Translations under genes and position numbers: made by a program
Origin: Hydrolagus colliei
Taxonomy: Eukaryota
Assembly: GCA_035084275.1 (NCBI GenBank)
Contig: CM068745.1
Span: 50,778,001-50,842,000, forward strand
Direction of reading: 5' to 3'
Length of the DNA: 64,000 bases
Notes under the pieces: generated by a model
Told to the model about the DNA's origin: nothing
The model's database searches: none
What the model saw: the letters and a program-made list of their open reading frames with translations, nothing else
Shown here: piece by piece, positions 1 through 11,055 of the stretch
Position numbering within the stretch: position 1 is the first letter of the stretch
Layout of the letters: each line of letters begins with the position of its first letter

Positions 1-708
1 CACCAGGGAGTTGATTCACGATTGTAGATTGACCTCCTCCCCCCCCCCCCCCCGCCCCCTCCCCACCCCACTCACTACTTTGGCGACCTTTGGTAATTCC
101 CGGTGGATTCTCCCAGCTCCTCCTGTAACAAGTCCGCGCGACTGGAGATTCACTGGGTAAAGGAAGAGCTGTGTGTCCGGGCAGCGCGGTCACTGTGTAC
201 AGCCTGGCGGGTCGGGAGCCTGGACCAGGGTAAAGAGAGCACAGATAGGAAGGAGCGGGGGTTGGGAGTTCAGATCGGGTGCTGTGTACTCAGGCTTCTG
301 TTTCTTGGGTAACATATCAAAATGACGAGGCTTTATACTTTATACAGTATATATATAGAGAGAGATATATAGCGTTTATCTCGGGGGTAGCTGTGTGGGA
401 CGGATGGATGTTATGACAGCGGATGGATGGATGTCACGCAAATCCCACAAGGCGATATATTAGATAATCCTTGCATTTGATATAGCGCGTGTTTCTGTAC
501 ATCTCTAAAACAAACAAGCAAATCCTTCCTGGAATTTCGTTTCTCAAATGTTTAGTGCGGGAGTAATGACTGGTTGGGAATCCGTGTCCCGGGAAGATGA
601 GTATCCGAGCGAGCGAGAAATCCAGGTCGAGGGAGGGAGGGAGGGAGGGAGTGAGTGAGGAGGGAGGGAGAGTGGGGGAGGGAGGGAAGGAGAGAGTGAA
701 TGAGAGAG

Positions 709-901
709 NNNNNNNNNNNNNNNNNNNNNNNNNNNNNNNNNNNNNNNNNNNNNNNNNNNNNNNNNNNNNNNNNNNNNNNNNNNNNNNNNNNNNNNNNNNN
801 NNNNNNNNNNNNNNNNNNNNNNNNNNNNNNNNNNNNNNNNNNNNNNNNNNNNNNNNNNNNNNNNNNNNNNNNNNNNNNNNNNNNNNNNNNNNNNNNNNNN
901 N
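709..901. other. Assembly gap (N run)
   Basis: N bases flanked by GA/G-rich repeats. Confidence 1.
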
Positions 902-1880
902 GGGGGGGAGGGAGCACTTTGGTCTGTTTTGTGCGGCACTGAGACAACACTCAGGCAACACATTGTGCTATTTGCATTTCAGCGGCGGTGCCCAGTGCAC
1001 TTCCCTGTGCTGTCATCCGTATAGATCCATCTATAAACTCAATTCACTCTTAATAAGCGTCTGAAAATGCCACTAAGACACCGCCTTATTTATTATTCAG
1101 AGACGGAAATTGCTCTGTTTTGCGTTGATAATGTAACTATTTATTATTGTTGATTCGCTGCATTTTATATGAGTGTAATTACTTTGTGTTTTGAATTGTT
1201 CGGTTTTATTTGAGAATGTATCGATTTAAAGTGCAGCTGTGAGCTGGCAGTGGAACGTGCTTCGCGCATTTAGCTGGGAAACCAGTCCCACCCTGTAAAC
1301 TGGAATAAGCCGAGTTGGCGTTTATTTCGTTTTAAAGTTAGCGCTTTTACTGCAACTGGTTTATTCCGCTTTGCTTTCAATCGTACGAATCCTGTCGAGG
1401 TCTGTGTGGACGAGAATCCAGTTCGTGTTCCCGTCTCCTTGCGATGAAAAAAAAATCCAGGATTCATCCTTTTTTTAAAAAAAAAGCAGATTGCTACCAA
1501 AGGCGATGGCCTGTATTTGATGTGGATCTTTCACAGGCTCGGATCACACGCCGTGAAAGGCATTGAGTAAATATTTGCACTGGGAAGCTAAAAATAAATC
1601 AATCCCACGAACAAAAGAATATCGTAGACACATAAAAGGAAATACAATATTTCGATTTTCAAACGCGCTTCTCAGTTTATCCAAATGCCATTATATATTA
1701 AACCATAAACTTTGGACGGCAAGTATTTGTAAATGTTGAGGTTAGCCAAGTAATGCGCAAACCTTTTCTGTAGTATTATGCTTGTTTTGAGGCAGTCAGT
1801 CATTCAACAATACAGAAAGCTAACAAATCAATACTTATACACCACTGCCTTACGCTTGGACATAACTTATTTTTTAACAA

Positions 1881-1945
1881 ATTAATTAATCCTAATGAAT
1901 TAACACTTCATTTATTTAAACGCACCGCAGTTCATGAATTAAAAT
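1881..1945. promoter_or_regulatory. Cluster of POU4/homeodomain-type AT sites; candidate autoregulatory enhancer
   Basis: ATTAATTAAT 1881-1890, TAATGAATTAA 1893-1903, TCATTTATTTAA 1908-1919, CATGAATTAA 1933-1942. Confidence 0.45.
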
Positions 1946-4900
1946 TTCATGGAGTGATTAAAGGCTTGTAAAAGATGCATGATTTCGTTAGAAATTTCTA
2001 ATAAATCAGAGCAGAGTAGCTCTTGACAAGGCAGTGATTTCTCAACGCGTCTCAACTTGAAATGGGTGTAATAATGACTTCTGATTTCAAACGGGATATG
2101 CACTCCTCATTTTCGTATGATGGAGCTTCAGTTAACAATGGGCACGGCAGCTCTGCTCTGTATAATCACAACATTGGCATGCAAATCCAGGCGTGTTCCT
2201 ATCCTTCCCCTGAAGCTTTCGCCAGCACGCACCCTGGGATGAAAATCACAATTAAGGCTTTCAATATTTAATATTACAACGTTATACACTTGGATGAAAT
2301 CGGAATTACTGCAGGTTGTATACAGTCAATTAGCTGTTCTTTGCTGATCAGAGGAAATGACTTATTTGGACACTAGAGTACTTGTGCAATGAGGCGGCGC
2401 CTAAATGGTTCGTTTGATGTTTCTGTATTATAATGGTGTAAATTTAGACATTTGTTCTAAACGCGCGTAACGCACTTTGGAAGTAAAAACGTTTCATTAG
2501 ATTAAAACACATTGTTGGATGCCAGATACAGCGTATGCTAAGTAGGGAAAGTATTGAGTCTTGACCCAGATTATCTGGACAACTTGAATTGTAAAATAAT
2601 ACAGGCAACACATATTACAAGTTTTCTGTATCTATTATTAAGTTGCCAGACTTATTCTACGTTACAAAAAAACATAATTCTTCATTCTTCATCTTTCACC
2701 TTCATCGCTTATAAAATATATTTGCGTTTTATTACTACAGTGGTGTGTGTCTGGATACTGCTTCTCAGTCAGCATGATTGTGAAATACAGTACATCATTG
2801 GCTTGGCTCATTCTGAGTTGCTGAAACGGACCCGAAATTAATTGGTGATTTTGGGTCATTACCAATGGATGTCATGAGCCTCACTGTACTCGCATGGACA
2901 CAACCTTCAAATGAAAGCAACTGTTTATATTTGGGGGACGGATGCTTTATTTTGGTCACAGCCTTACAGACTAACTTCAGTACCCAACTTAAAATGTGTA
3001 ACTTCAACACATAAGGTAGTTGTAGTAAAGTGTATTCATTTTATTCCTCACGGGGCTTTCAAATTTGGTACTTTAATAAAGAAAAACGATATAACACGCC
3101 TTTTACTACGCGAGGGTATAGGACAGAATGTATGTGCACTATCTAGACATGGAAACAGGGTTTAGAGCAGGCGCACCAGCTGAGGCAGTCGATATTTCTG
3201 TACATATCTCAGCCTATTGCGATTGAGTCGAAATACAACTCTCATTGCTGGAAGCGGTTCTTTATTCTGCTTGTGGTGAGTTACCAGGGGGATTTATAAT
3301 ACTTATACGTTTTGTATCAGCGCCATATGGACCATAAAAGCTTTCAGCACTGAGAGGCATGTGAACTGCATGTGCTTGTTCAATTTCACTGAATTCAACA
3401 ATTGAACTGCATTGTTCAATTATTTTTATTTTTTAAACGTGCCTTTCAATAGCCAGGTGCCTGTGCAAAATACACACTGAAGCATATTCAAGATTTGGCA
3501 GAACATCATTAAAACATTTACAAAAAAATCGGATGATAAGAATGCAGTCAAACATTCCTGTACATTATTCTCAGCAGGATTCCCATTCACTCGCCATGGC
3601 AGTGTGAGCTGAGTGCTGGCTGTTACATGTGCACTCGCTTCCACATTCCCATTTCCCACATGATCAAAATAGGATAATATTGTTCCAGCTACCAGGGATT
3701 TCAGTGGACTATCAGTGCAAAAACCCTTAGCTCAGTACAGTCACCAGCGAAACGGTTAGCAAAGGTGAGCTTGGACATTTCAATCACCCCGCCCACCCTT
3801 ACCTGAGTTGATACGAAGGGAAATTGTAAGTGCGTTTTCAACATTTAATCATGTAACGCCAATCGATGGGTCGATGGGTGGGAGTTTACCTGTTAGCAAC
3901 CTCACAAGAGCTTATGGACCGTCAGGCGTTATGTTTGTCAAGCAATTGAATCGCTTTGTAGAGTCCTCGCCGAACAGCTACTCAATCGTGGAATCCAACA
4001 CAAACTCAAGAGTAAAATGTAGTACACTGATCTCAGCATGTTGTTTGTCCAGACACACAGCCTAACAGTCAATACTAATACAGTAGGTTACAGCACGACC
4101 TCGCAATAGTGTTGGTTAGTTTACTTTTTACCACAGACACACCAGCCAATGTTGGTGATTGGACTGTGAGATAAACGGCTGGCGTGTTTAACTTCTAAAG
4201 CCTTCATGGTTAATAAGAGTGAGACTGTTATCAGTGCTTCTCAACTTTAAGTTACGTTTGTTCTTCAAGAATATTTGTCCGTCGATCGTCCGTAGTAACA
4301 GTTGTCGTGAGCCATTGTAATGCTTAAAAATATTGGAATAAGTAAACGTGAAGAAATGCCAACCTCTTATAAGCCAACGTATTGCAATCTCATTACTGCT
4401 GCAGATAGGGTATTATGTGATAGTAAATCTCCACTAATAATAAGCTCAAATGAACTACACCATTTAACTGTTTTGTTGTTAAGTTCCTCCCATTGATCCT
4501 CGATTATGGAGATGCAATGTGAAACTTAGGATCCTTCAGGTTTTTTTTAAACAAAACACACACATATCAACATCAAATCTAATATTGGTTGGCGGAAATA
4601 CATCTGCTGGCTTTATTTAACAACACATTTTTCCATTTATTCACACAGGTTCAAATAATACTGTATATGGCACAAATGAAACATAGATTTGTTCACGTGC
4701 AAGTAGTAGTGTTCAGAAACATTTGTAATCTCACTGTTATGAACCTTTTATTTCTCATGGCAGAGAACTATTTGAAAAACTTTTCCGAAGACATTTAAAT
4801 TGGAACTATATATAGCCACTTAAGTTTTCACCGATTGATGTATCTAACAGCAGAATAAGCTGTTCACTTCTTAATCGACATCATTACAGAAATAATGGTA

Positions 4901-5401
4901 GTAATAATATGACCTTTTCTGGTCATTTTTAAAATATATTGAATCGGATGACCCTCGTAACAGAAACGTTTTAAATATATATCAGTACCTTTAAGTAACA
5001 AATTGTTAAAGGTCTCGTCAGACCTAATTCAGAGAATCAGTGAGGGTTTGTGTTAACGTGCAGACACAGTGAGAGATCCCAAATGTACAATATTTAGATT
5101 TTAGCCAGTCAGCTTAATAAGTGCATTGTGTTTATGTCTCCTGAGTAGTTGCTACAGGTACTCAGGCAAGGGAATTAGGAGATAGAAGGGAGGGCGCTCA
5201 CACACTCGCCTCTCGCTTCCCCAAGGTACTTTCTCAATTACAACTCTACACACACGGAAGGCAGAAAGCCCAGTCCTTCCCTGTTTCAATGTGTTAATCG
5301 TTTATTAACCGTGGCTGTATTGTTTGGCAGAGACAGGTAACATTTAACCACTAAACAATCAAATGATGCTGGTTCCCTTCCTCCCCCTTTCTAAGTAAAC
5401 C

Positions 5402-5650
5402 GCGTTGAGACGTCCTCCCGACCTGAAAGGCGCGATATAAACGTAGATATTGCATTGTAATTACTTGTTGCGTTAACTTAAGACGAGGTGAGACTTGATG
5501 AAGTGGGTCTCTCTGTTGGTCAAAAATACATCAAAACGTGAAACTCTAGATAGAAGGTGACACGAAAACTTTGGGACATCTTAGCTCAACTTGCTCAACT
5601 CCTCCCGACGTGAAAGGCGCTCTCTAAATGTCATTTTGTCGTCGTTGTTG
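5402..5650 (+). mobile_element. Two short L2-type 3' tails (others at ~17500-17558 +, 20128-20220 -, 26385-26460 -, 38565-38655 +, 62037-62099 +)
   Basis: CTCCCGAC(C/G)TGAAAGGCGC..TAAA motif twice, each followed by TTG-rich sequence. Confidence 0.7.
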
Positions 5651-5911
5651 TGTTAACCAGAGCGGAGTGTATGTATTTTAGTAAGATCGGTGTGTGTGTG
5701 TGTGTGTGTGTGTGCAGACGATCCAACTTTCCAAACACAGTACAGTCTGTACAAAGATAGGTGAACGATTGCTGTGTAAGAAATGCAATGTGCGCAGATC
5801 ATTCAGCAGTAAAATCAGGCACCGTTTCTTTTCTTTTATTGCCTGTTGTTGCAGTTGTGAAGAGTTTACGAGGCTGGGTTTGATTTGTTTATAATTGGGG
5901 AGTTTGTATTG

Positions 5912-5924
5912 TGGGAGTTGTAGT
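5912..5924 (-). promoter_or_regulatory. ZNF143/THAP11-type promoter motif ACTACAACTCCCA
   Basis: The + strand reads TGGGAGTTGTAGT, an exact reverse complement of the motif, ~750 bp upstream of the ATG at the start of the GC-rich region. Confidence 0.6.
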
Positions 5925-6678
5925 TTCCTCCCCTCCCACCCTCTCTCGAGCTCCCCTTCTAATCTGGACTCTGTGTGTGTGTGCGTGTGCGTGTGTCTCT
6001 CCCTCGATCTGGGAGCGGCATCAATCAGAGAGAGAGAGAGATAAAGAGAGACGAGTGAGTGAGAGACGGTGGTGGTGAGAGGTTGGTGGGGGGGGGGGGG
6101 GTCGTGAGTGAGTTTGTGTCAGAGAGAGAGAGAGAGAGGTGGGGGGAATGCGCCTGCGTACCTGGGTACCTTCTCACACAGTTCTCGCCCTGGACCAGGT
6201 GTGGCGCTGGCGTTCAGCCTCTCCAGGCTCCATCATGTGCGCACGTGCGAGGAGCAGACTGGGGGGGGGGGGGGGGGGGGGGAGTGAGGGGGAGGGAGGC
6301 TCTGGGCATATGGTGGGAGGAGGTGGGGGGCACACCACATACACACACACACATACAGAGATCTCGCGTGAGCACAGGAGGGATGGGACAAGACTTGGGC
6401 GCAGGTGTAAGTGGCTCATCAATAGGGAGGCAGCATTCAGTCAGGCACCCCCACCCACACACACACATACAGCCAGAGTGTGCAGGCAGCCAGCCAGGCA
6501 GGCAGGCACAGGCAGGCAGGGGCACACCACAACCGGCCTGTCGCTTCCTACCTAGAAACCGAAATGCATATCTATCAACATATGTATATATATAGTCACA
6601 ACTTTTAAATCCAGAACAAGATACTGCTCCAGCAATATTTTCTTTCTCTCTCTAGAATCCCTATGTACAGCGTTCAAT

Positions 6679-6801
6679 ATGATGTCCATGAACAGCAAGC
6701 AGCCAGCCTTCGGCATGCATCATTCCCTACCTGAGCACAAGTACACTTCCCTGCACTCCAGCTCGGAAGCACTAAGGAGAGCCTGTCTGCCAACGCCACC
6801 G
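6679..6801 (+). CDS. POU4F1: POU4F1/Brn3a coding exon 1 (41 codons)
   Basis: Translates MMSMNSKQPAFGMHHSLPEHKYTSLHSSSEALRRACLPTPP, matching the POU4F1 N-terminus. Ends at phase-0 donor CCG|GTGAGT (6802). Confidence 0.96.
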
Positions 6802-7162
6802 GTGAGTAGCGAGCGATCTTCCTCCCTCGCCCCCCTCTCTCTCCCTGTGTTGTGGTTGTGAGTAAAGTAACGGTGCCAGGCACCCTGTGATAAGCATGGG
6901 GTTTACAATGTGCCTTTTTGAGGTAAGGCGAGTCACGACCATCTCCCCCCCCACCCACCCACCCCCCGCTCACTTCAACATTGAACCTAAACATTTTCTG
7001 TGAGTGAGAGTGAGTGTGTCTGTTTGAGTGTGTGTGTGAGTGAGAGATAGTATGAGTGAGTGAGTAAGTGAGTGTGTACGAGAGAGAGAGAGAAGAGTGT
7101 GTGTGTGTGTGTGTGTAAAGTGATAGAATTGTGTTTGGAGGATTAGCTTGTTGATTTTGTTT

Positions 7163-7203
<41 letters not shown>

Positions 7204-7231
7204 CTTCTCTCTCTCCTTTGCTCCCTCGCAG
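6802..7231 (+). other. GT-AG intron of POU4F1 (430 nt) containing GT, GA and CT microsatellites
   Basis: GTGAGT donor and polypyrimidine-CAG acceptor; splicing gives the PTPP|LQ junction seen in mammalian POU4F1. Confidence 0.93.
7165..7216. repeat. (CT)n microsatellite forming the polypyrimidine tract
   Basis: Read directly from the sequence. Confidence 0.9.
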
Positions 7232-8194
7232 TTGCAGGGCAATATCTTCGCCAGTCTCGATGAAACTTTACTGGCCCGAGCCGAGGCTCTGGCGGCCGTG
7301 GATATCGCTGTGGCCCAGGGCAAGAGTCACCCGTACAAGCCGGACGCCACTTACCACACCATGAACACGGTTCCGTGCACCTCTACCTCGACAGTGCCGC
7401 TCCCGCACCCCTCAGCCCTGTCCTCCCACCACCACCACCACCATCACCATCACCACCAGCCGCACCAAAGTTTGGATCCCGGGGATCTGCTGGATCACAT
7501 CAACTCGTCCTCCCTGTCGCTGGCCGGGGCCATGGGGGTAGGACCTGGCGGGCATGATGGCGGCGGCGTGGTCTCCACCAATTCGCACTCTCACGCGGCA
7601 CATATGCACAGCCTGGGTCCCCTGCACCATCACCAGGCCACCATGAACATGACCCCTCATCCTCACGGGCTGGTCGGGCACGGCGGCGTCTCTGGGATCC
7701 CTTCGCTCAACGACGTGGACGCCGACCCGCGGGAGCTGGAGGCTTTCGCCGAGAGGTTCAAACAGAGGCGGATCAAACTGGGGGTGACCCAGGCCGACGT
7801 GGGCATGGCTTTGGCCAACCTGAAGATCCCCGGGGTGGGCTCCCTCAGCCAGAGCACCATCTGCAGGTTCGAGTCCTTGACTTTGTCGCACAACAACATG
7901 ATCGCCCTGAAGCCCATCCTCCAAGCCTGGCTGGAGGAGGCGGAGGGGGCTCACAGGGAAAAGATGAACAAACCCGACATTTTCAACGGTGGCGAGAAGA
8001 AGAGGAAAAGGACCTCGATCGCCGCCCCTGAGAAACGCTCGCTGGAAGCCTATTTCGCTGTGCAACCCAGACCCTCCTCAGAGAAGATCGCGGCGATAGC
8101 TGAGAAACTCGACCTCAAAAAGAACGTTGTGCGGGTATGGTTTTGCAATCAGAGACAAAAGCAGAAACGAATGAAATTCTCAGCAAGTCACTAG
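7232..8194 (+). CDS. POU4F1: POU4F1/Brn3a coding exon 2 (POU-IV box, His tract, POU-specific domain, homeodomain)
   Basis: Long (CT)n pyrimidine tract and CAG acceptor ending at 7231, then LQGNIFASLDETLLARAEALAAVDI...RIKLGVTQADV...WFCNQRQKQKRMKFSASH* (TAG 8192-8194). Paralog-diagnostic residues for POU4F1: DETLL, EGAxREKMNKP, FAVQPRP, MKFSA. Confidence 0.96.
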   Translation: MQGNIFASLDETLLARAEALAAVDIAVAQGKSHPYKPDATYHTMNTVPCTSTSTVPLPHPSALSSHHHHHHHHHHQPHQSLDPGDLLDHINSSSLSLAGAMGVGPGGHDGGGVVSTNSHSHAAHMHSLGPLHHHQATMNMTPHPHGLVGHGGVSGIPSLNDVDADPRELEAFAERFKQRRIKLGVTQADVGMALANLKIPGVGSLSQSTICRFESLTLSHNNMIALKPILQAWLEEAEGAHREKMNKPDIFNGGEKKRKRTSIAAPEKRSLEAYFAVQPRPSSEKIAAIAEKLDLKKNVVRVWFCNQRQKQKRMKFSASH

Positions 8195-9925
8195 TTGCAG
8201 AAGAAACAGGATTCCCTTTTTTTTTTGCTGGCAGATAACGCCGAGACATTTGTTTTTCGTTGGGAGGAGTGATGGGGGGAGTTGAGTGGGGTGGTGGGGG
8301 GTGGGGATGTTGGGAGGGAGGGGAGAAATCAGGAACAGTTGTAATCCTCAATGACTTCAGACTTAATTCCTGTACTTTCTTTTCTAACTGTACAGCGGAG
8401 CAAGCAGAGGCTTGGGGCGGGGGGGGGGGGGGGGGAGGAGGAGAGGGGGGGGGGGGGGGGGGAAAGGCAGAAACGCGTGATGATGATCATGCAAAAAAAA
8501 AATCATCGGTTTCTGAGGCGTCGTGGTGTTTTGTGTTATTTTTCACGTTATTGGTGAAGTATGCAAATCACAGGTAATTCAGATCGCCCCGGTTTCTGTG
8601 TTGGAAATGTCGAGATGACTGTAAGCTAGCCAGCCAGGCTTTTATCTTTTTAAGAAAACAAAATCTGAAGGGAAGTTGATTGATGTTCAGTCACTTTAGT
8701 AGTATTTAAATCCGCCTACCCAATAATATTTATTCACGTTGTCATTTTCTTAGCCAATTTTTTTTAAAAAAATTACCTCGATACGTTATCTGTTATCCAC
8801 GAGCCCAAACGATTTTGGTGTGTTTTTATTATTTCGTTCCCGACTTTCAGAAGGGGGAATTGCTCAGTCGCGAACAGCTCAGGCAGATTTCACGGCTGCA
8901 GTGACATTTAATCGGTGCGGTGGATAAAGATGCGTCGATAATAATTTTATCCCAAAAGTACGACAGTTCCTATCATTTCTTCAATAGCACAACACCACAC
9001 TTGTACGTTGTGGGCTTTCTGGCTTGATTTGCTGTTCGAGACAGTATGGATATGGATCAAGGTGCAGCATTACTAGTATAATTTGGGATTCCTCGAAAAA
9101 AAATAAACGTAAAATTCACACTATTGGCACTCCGCAGTGATACTCGTTCCCGAAAGCCTGCATGCTGATCAGATCCACTTTTGTTTTGTTTAACGTACGA
9201 TAACAGACATTAGCTGTCAGCGCTCTGTTTTGGTAATTGCACTAAAGTATGTTGCAGAGTTTAGTGTACGTATGTATTGGTTGGGAAAAGCGTTGTTGCA
9301 TTATGGTTTTACGATCAAAATACGAAGTGATGCTTGCATCAAAGCTTGCTGTAGGACTACCAAAAGTTTGCGCATAAAATATTCATCCTAAATTATTGAT
9401 TCTATTTTGGGTAGGAATATCTCCCCTAACATACGTGCGCAGAAGCAAATTAACTGCATGAGCTGGGGATGGACGCTGACTTTTTGGCGTCTATGGATTA
9501 AAATAACGTGTTCTATTATTGTTTGCAGCGCAAACAATCTATGCATTGGAACAGAAACGAGCACTATAGAAATAGCTTGGTAGACATTGTGGATGGTGTA
9601 ATTTCACTGTTAACTGCCTGTTTTCACTAGACACGACTTTCTGATCTTGTTTATAACTGTACATAGGTGTTTATTGTAAATAACTTTCTTTTGCGCACAT
9701 GTATGTTTACAAACTGCAGCCACGTGTGCATCATAAGAAAACAAGTCTCACTTTAAGTCGATATCCCTGTCCAATGTATATTTGCCAAGCTTTCTCCTGG
9801 TTGTGTTTTTTAAATTTATTTATTTACTTATTTATTTAAATTAAATTATTTCTGTAAAGCCAAATACAGCAGGGAGATGTGTCTCAGCACATTCACTAAT
9901 AAAGAAAACAAGGGAAACAACCGTG
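8195..9925 (+). other. Probable POU4F1 3'UTR
   Basis: Runs from the stop codon to AATAAA at 9898-9903, which is followed by GT/T-rich sequence. The end point is inferred. Confidence 0.6.
9898..9903 (+). terminator. Candidate polyadenylation signal AATAAA
   Basis: Upstream TGTA motifs and AU-rich tract; downstream GU-rich GTGTTTG...GTTTCTTTGG. Confidence 0.55.
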
Positions 9926-10942
9926 TTTGAGGTGTAGCGTTTCTTTGGTTACTTTTGGTCGATTGAAGCAAATGGTGTTAAACCGTGTGTGTGTGTAAAG
10001 AAAAATGCAGACTATTCACTTAACAAATATCAACGCGACATTCTGTTGAAGGTAGTTCCCACAGTTTATGATTCACGTAGGTTGGGAACAACATATTTAG
10101 CGACTAAAATCACCAGAAATGAAAGAAAACAGTGTATTTGCTCGCGGGTGAAGAGCCGAGGCGTTTTTAATGAAACAGAAATGTTAGGAAAGAATTAATT
10201 TTTAAAAAAATCCCCAAACGCAAAAGGCGGCTTTGCGTAAGTTTATTTTAAATAAATAAAACCAATCAAGTCTCAACGTAGACAGGCGAGGTTTCACACA
10301 AGTCTGCAGAAACAAGGTATGGTGATGAAGAGTTTTTAATTTACACAACTTTCGTGTTATTCACTCCCTGTTTTTTGTGCTTGGAATTTGTAGACACGTT
10401 TGTGATGGCAGTCCTGCACCGGTAACAAAAAAAAACAATGTTAATTTTATCATCCTGGTTAAGACTTCTCTGTTCAGATACAACGTTTAAACTGTTAAAA
10501 AAAGATGTACTTTAAGAATCATTATTTTTTAAGTCAGTGCTCGACCTCCAAGTATTTAACGCATACTCTAAAAAAAAGTCAACTCTTTTACAGATATTCT
10601 GTTCATATGGACAGGAATGTCTGGGTGCTTTTCATTTGAAATCATTGACTATGTTGGTGTTATTTGTTGAAACAAAGAAAATATTGAATATAAAATACAC
10701 GAACTGCATTTGTTGTCTTGTTTTCTGAAAGGAATAATGCTACAATGATCTTAATCTCGTGGGAAGTTATTCGGATGGATTAGATGGACTGCTACCTAAA
10801 ACAATGACTATGTTAATATCATATTAGGGATGTGTGTGTTGGGGGAGGAAGTCTATAAGTTGAACATCTTGTATCATTGTTGCACATCTACACCGGCGAA
10901 CTATTTAAATGTCTTTAAAATAAATCTGATTTGATAAACATG

Positions 10943-11055
10943 AATAATAATAATCCTTGCAATTGATATAGCGTCTTATCACGTCTTTGAGACGTCTTAA
11001 AGCGCTTCACAAAATTCACTGTAAAATGAATCGACTGTATGTTTAGTGGCTATAT
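10943..11055 (-). mobile_element. 5'-truncated family A SINE (similar tails at ~464-507, 15414-15540, 41428-41545, 48875-48995 and 59652-59748 on -, and 47945-48060 on +)
   Basis: ATAATAATCCTTGCA.TTGATATAGCG...AAAGCGCTTCAC...TGAAT.GACTGT, the reverse complement of the family A 3' end. Confidence 0.8.

Noticed and set aside
434-1064. ORFs containing X runs (also around 14519-14970 and 46084-46347)
   Set aside because: Artifacts of reading through N gaps.
6059-6595. Overlapping ORFs of 82-178 aa upstream of the gene
   Set aside because: Products of G runs and CA/GA microsatellites in the promoter or 5'UTR.
7148-7231. N-terminal extension MLILFSSLSLSL... of the 348-aa ORF
   Set aside because: Translation of the intronic (CT)n tract; the real N-terminus comes from exon 1.
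7412-8065. 217-aa antisense ORF
   Set aside because: Shadow of the GC-rich POU4F1 coding strand; no recognisable protein.
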